Assembly: GCF_032444005.1 (NCBI RefSeq)
Contig: NC_091284.1
Span: forward strand, 277,140,001 to 277,204,000
Direction: 5' to 3'
Length of the DNA: 64,000 nt
DNA from: Ranitomeya imitator
Taxonomy: Eukaryota
Part shown: positions 62,165 to 64,000 of the stretch, piece by piece
Layout of the letters: every line of letters starts with the position of its first letter
Numbering within the stretch: position 1 is the stretch's first letter
Translations under genes and position numbers: made by a program
The notes under the pieces: model-generated
Databases searched by the model: none
The model's input: only the letters and a program-made list of their open reading frames with translations
Told to the model about the DNA's origin: nothing

Positions 62165-63473
62165 AGTCATTTCACTCCCTCCTAGACCCTTCACAGTCCG
62201 GTTTCCGCCCCCTACAATCGACAGAAACTGCACTCATCAAAGTGACCAATGACCTTCTGACAGCAAAATGTAATGGTGACCACTCTCTGCTCATTCTTCT
62301 CGACCTTTCTGCTCTAGGCTCCTTTCCAAAACTGAACATCTTCTGCTCCCGCCATCTACTAACCTCCCTAAACCTGATGTTTCCCTCTCCGTGGGTGGCA
62401 CGATAATAACACCCCAGCAGCAGGCGCACTGTCTGGGTGTTAAGTTTGACTCCGATCCCTCCTTCAACTCCCATATACAATATCTTGCCCGCTCGTGCCG
62501 CTTACACCTAAAGAACATCTCTAGAATCCGCCCTTTTCTCACAATGGAAACAACAAAAACCATCACTGTCGCCCTGATCCACTCCCGCCTGGACTACTGT
62601 AATGCTCTATTAATTGGCCTCCCCCTTACTCGACTTTCCCCTCTCCAGGCTATCCTTAATGCAGCAGCCAGGGTCGTCCATCTGGCTAATCATTACTCGG
62701 ACACGTCCGCTCTTCACCAGTTGTTACACTGGCTGCCCATTCATTACAGGATACAATTCAAAGTACTTGTTCTCACCCACAAAGCCCTCCACAGTCCGGC
62801 ACCCTCTTACATCACCTTCCTCATTTCTGTCTATCGGTCTGACCGATCACTGCGCTCTTCAAACGACTTTCGACTAACCTCTGCACTAATCCGTACCTCC
62901 CACTACTGACGCCAAAACTCCTGTGCTGTGCCGATCCTCTGGAATGCTCTACTGCAAGATATTAGGACCAACCACGCATAGTTTTAGGCGCTCGCTCAAA
63001 ATACATTTGTTCAGAGCGGCCTATCAAGTTCCCTAAGGCTTCTTTCACACTTGCGTCGGTACGGGGCCGTCGCAATGCGTCGGCCCGACGTACCGACACA
63101 CATTGTGAAAATTGTGCACAACGTGGGCAGCGGATGCAGTTTTTCAACGCATCCGCTGCCCATTATAAAGTCCCAGGGTGGAGGGGGCGGAGTTCCGGCC
63201 ACGAATCAGTCATTTTATGTCTGTGTGTGTATAGCCCATTCACTATCTCCATCTATCCCCCATCCCCTGAAGATGGCTGGACCATCATTGTAAATACACA
63301 CCTGTGCTTTTTATCTCCCCCACCTCATTGTAGATTGTAAGCTCTCACGAGCAGGGTCGTCTTATTTCGCTTTAATTATTGTATTGTTAATGTTGTTACT
63401 TATGACTCTTGTGTTTGAAACTAAAGCACTGCGGAATATGTTGGCGCTATATAAATAAAGATTATTATTATTT
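62165..63473 (+). mobile_element. 5'-truncated L2/CR1-clade LINE with an internal deletion, interrupted by a MITE fragment at about 63036-63200
   Basis: [22 protein letters not shown]...LLILLDLSA; GVKFDSDPSFNSHI...SRLDYCNALLIGLP; tail GCGCTATATAAATAAAG(ATT)n. Confidence 0.9.
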
Positions 63474-63653
63474 TTACCACACATAGTGAATGCTGAAAAA
63501 ATGAGACATGAACAATGGCAGAAGTGCATTTTTTCTTCATTTCATCCCACAGGGATTTTCACTTAAATTATAGGGGCCCTCGACAGGTTAATGGGCAATG
63601 GAAAAAAGTCTGGGATCTGATTCGAAGGAATTAGGAAACCTGTACTATATATA

Positions 63654-63905
63654 CAGTGGGGCAAAAAAGTATTTAGTCAGTCAGCAATAGTGCAAGTTCC
63701 ACCACTTAAAAAGATGAGAGGCGTCTGTAATTTACATCATAGGTAGACCTCAACTATGGGAGACAAACTGAGAAAAAAAATCCAGAAAATCACATTGTCT
63801 GTTTTTTTAACAATTTATTTGCATATTATGGTGGAAAATAAGTATTTGGTCAGAAACCAACAATCAAGATTTCTGGCTCTCACAGACCTGTAACTTCTTC
63901 TTTAA
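63654..63905 (+). mobile_element. 5' TIR of a Tc1 of the same family as 25070-26675, interrupted by a Harbinger-type MITE running off the window
   Basis: TA-CAGTGGGGCAAAAAAGTATTTAG...; then TAA-GGGTACTTTCACACTAGCG. Confidence 0.85.
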
Positions 63906-64000
63906 GGGTACTTTCACACTAGCGTTTTTTTAAATCCGTCGTTTTGCAGAAAAAACGCATCCTGCAAAAGTGCTTGCAGGATGCGTTTTTTCCCCATAGA

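Noticed and set aside
46596-64000. Further upstream NAV1 exons
   Set aside because: I found no match to the expected preceding exon (GYMSDSDL-type motif); it probably lies beyond the window.

Overview
This is eukaryotic, vertebrate genomic DNA, not a prokaryotic window. An anuran (frog) source is inferred from the transposon repertoire and the divergence of the protein from its mammalian counterpart. The only host gene is an internal part of Neuron navigator 1 (NAV1) on the minus strand. I traced 12 coding exons between 46595 and 752, all with GT-AG borders and continuous reading frame (2135 nt, about 711 codons); start and stop lie outside the window. The introns are packed with mobile DNA: six Tc1-family copies or fragments (one with an uninterrupted 340-aa DD34E ORF), a decayed chromodomain-bearing Gypsy element with two related LTRs nested in its 5' LTR, two solo LTRs, many Harbinger-type (TWA TSD), hAT-type and TTAA-type MITEs, two Helitron 3' ends, an L2 LINE, a V-SINE-like SINE and Penelope-like remnants. 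Most ORFs in the supplied track are spurious or transposon-derived. The best leads are non-coding: (1) tRNA-independent self-priming signatures in two Gypsy LTR subfamilies whose PBS and predicted transcript 5' end co-vary; (2) hammerhead ribozyme motifs, two lying sense within one NAV1 intron; (3) a near-perfect 2.1-kb palindrome inside a Harbinger-type element; (4) a 24-nt NAV1 microexon next to RBFOX/UGC motifs. Each has precedent in the literature, so I do not claim a wholly new system. There is one assembly gap (40795-40923).
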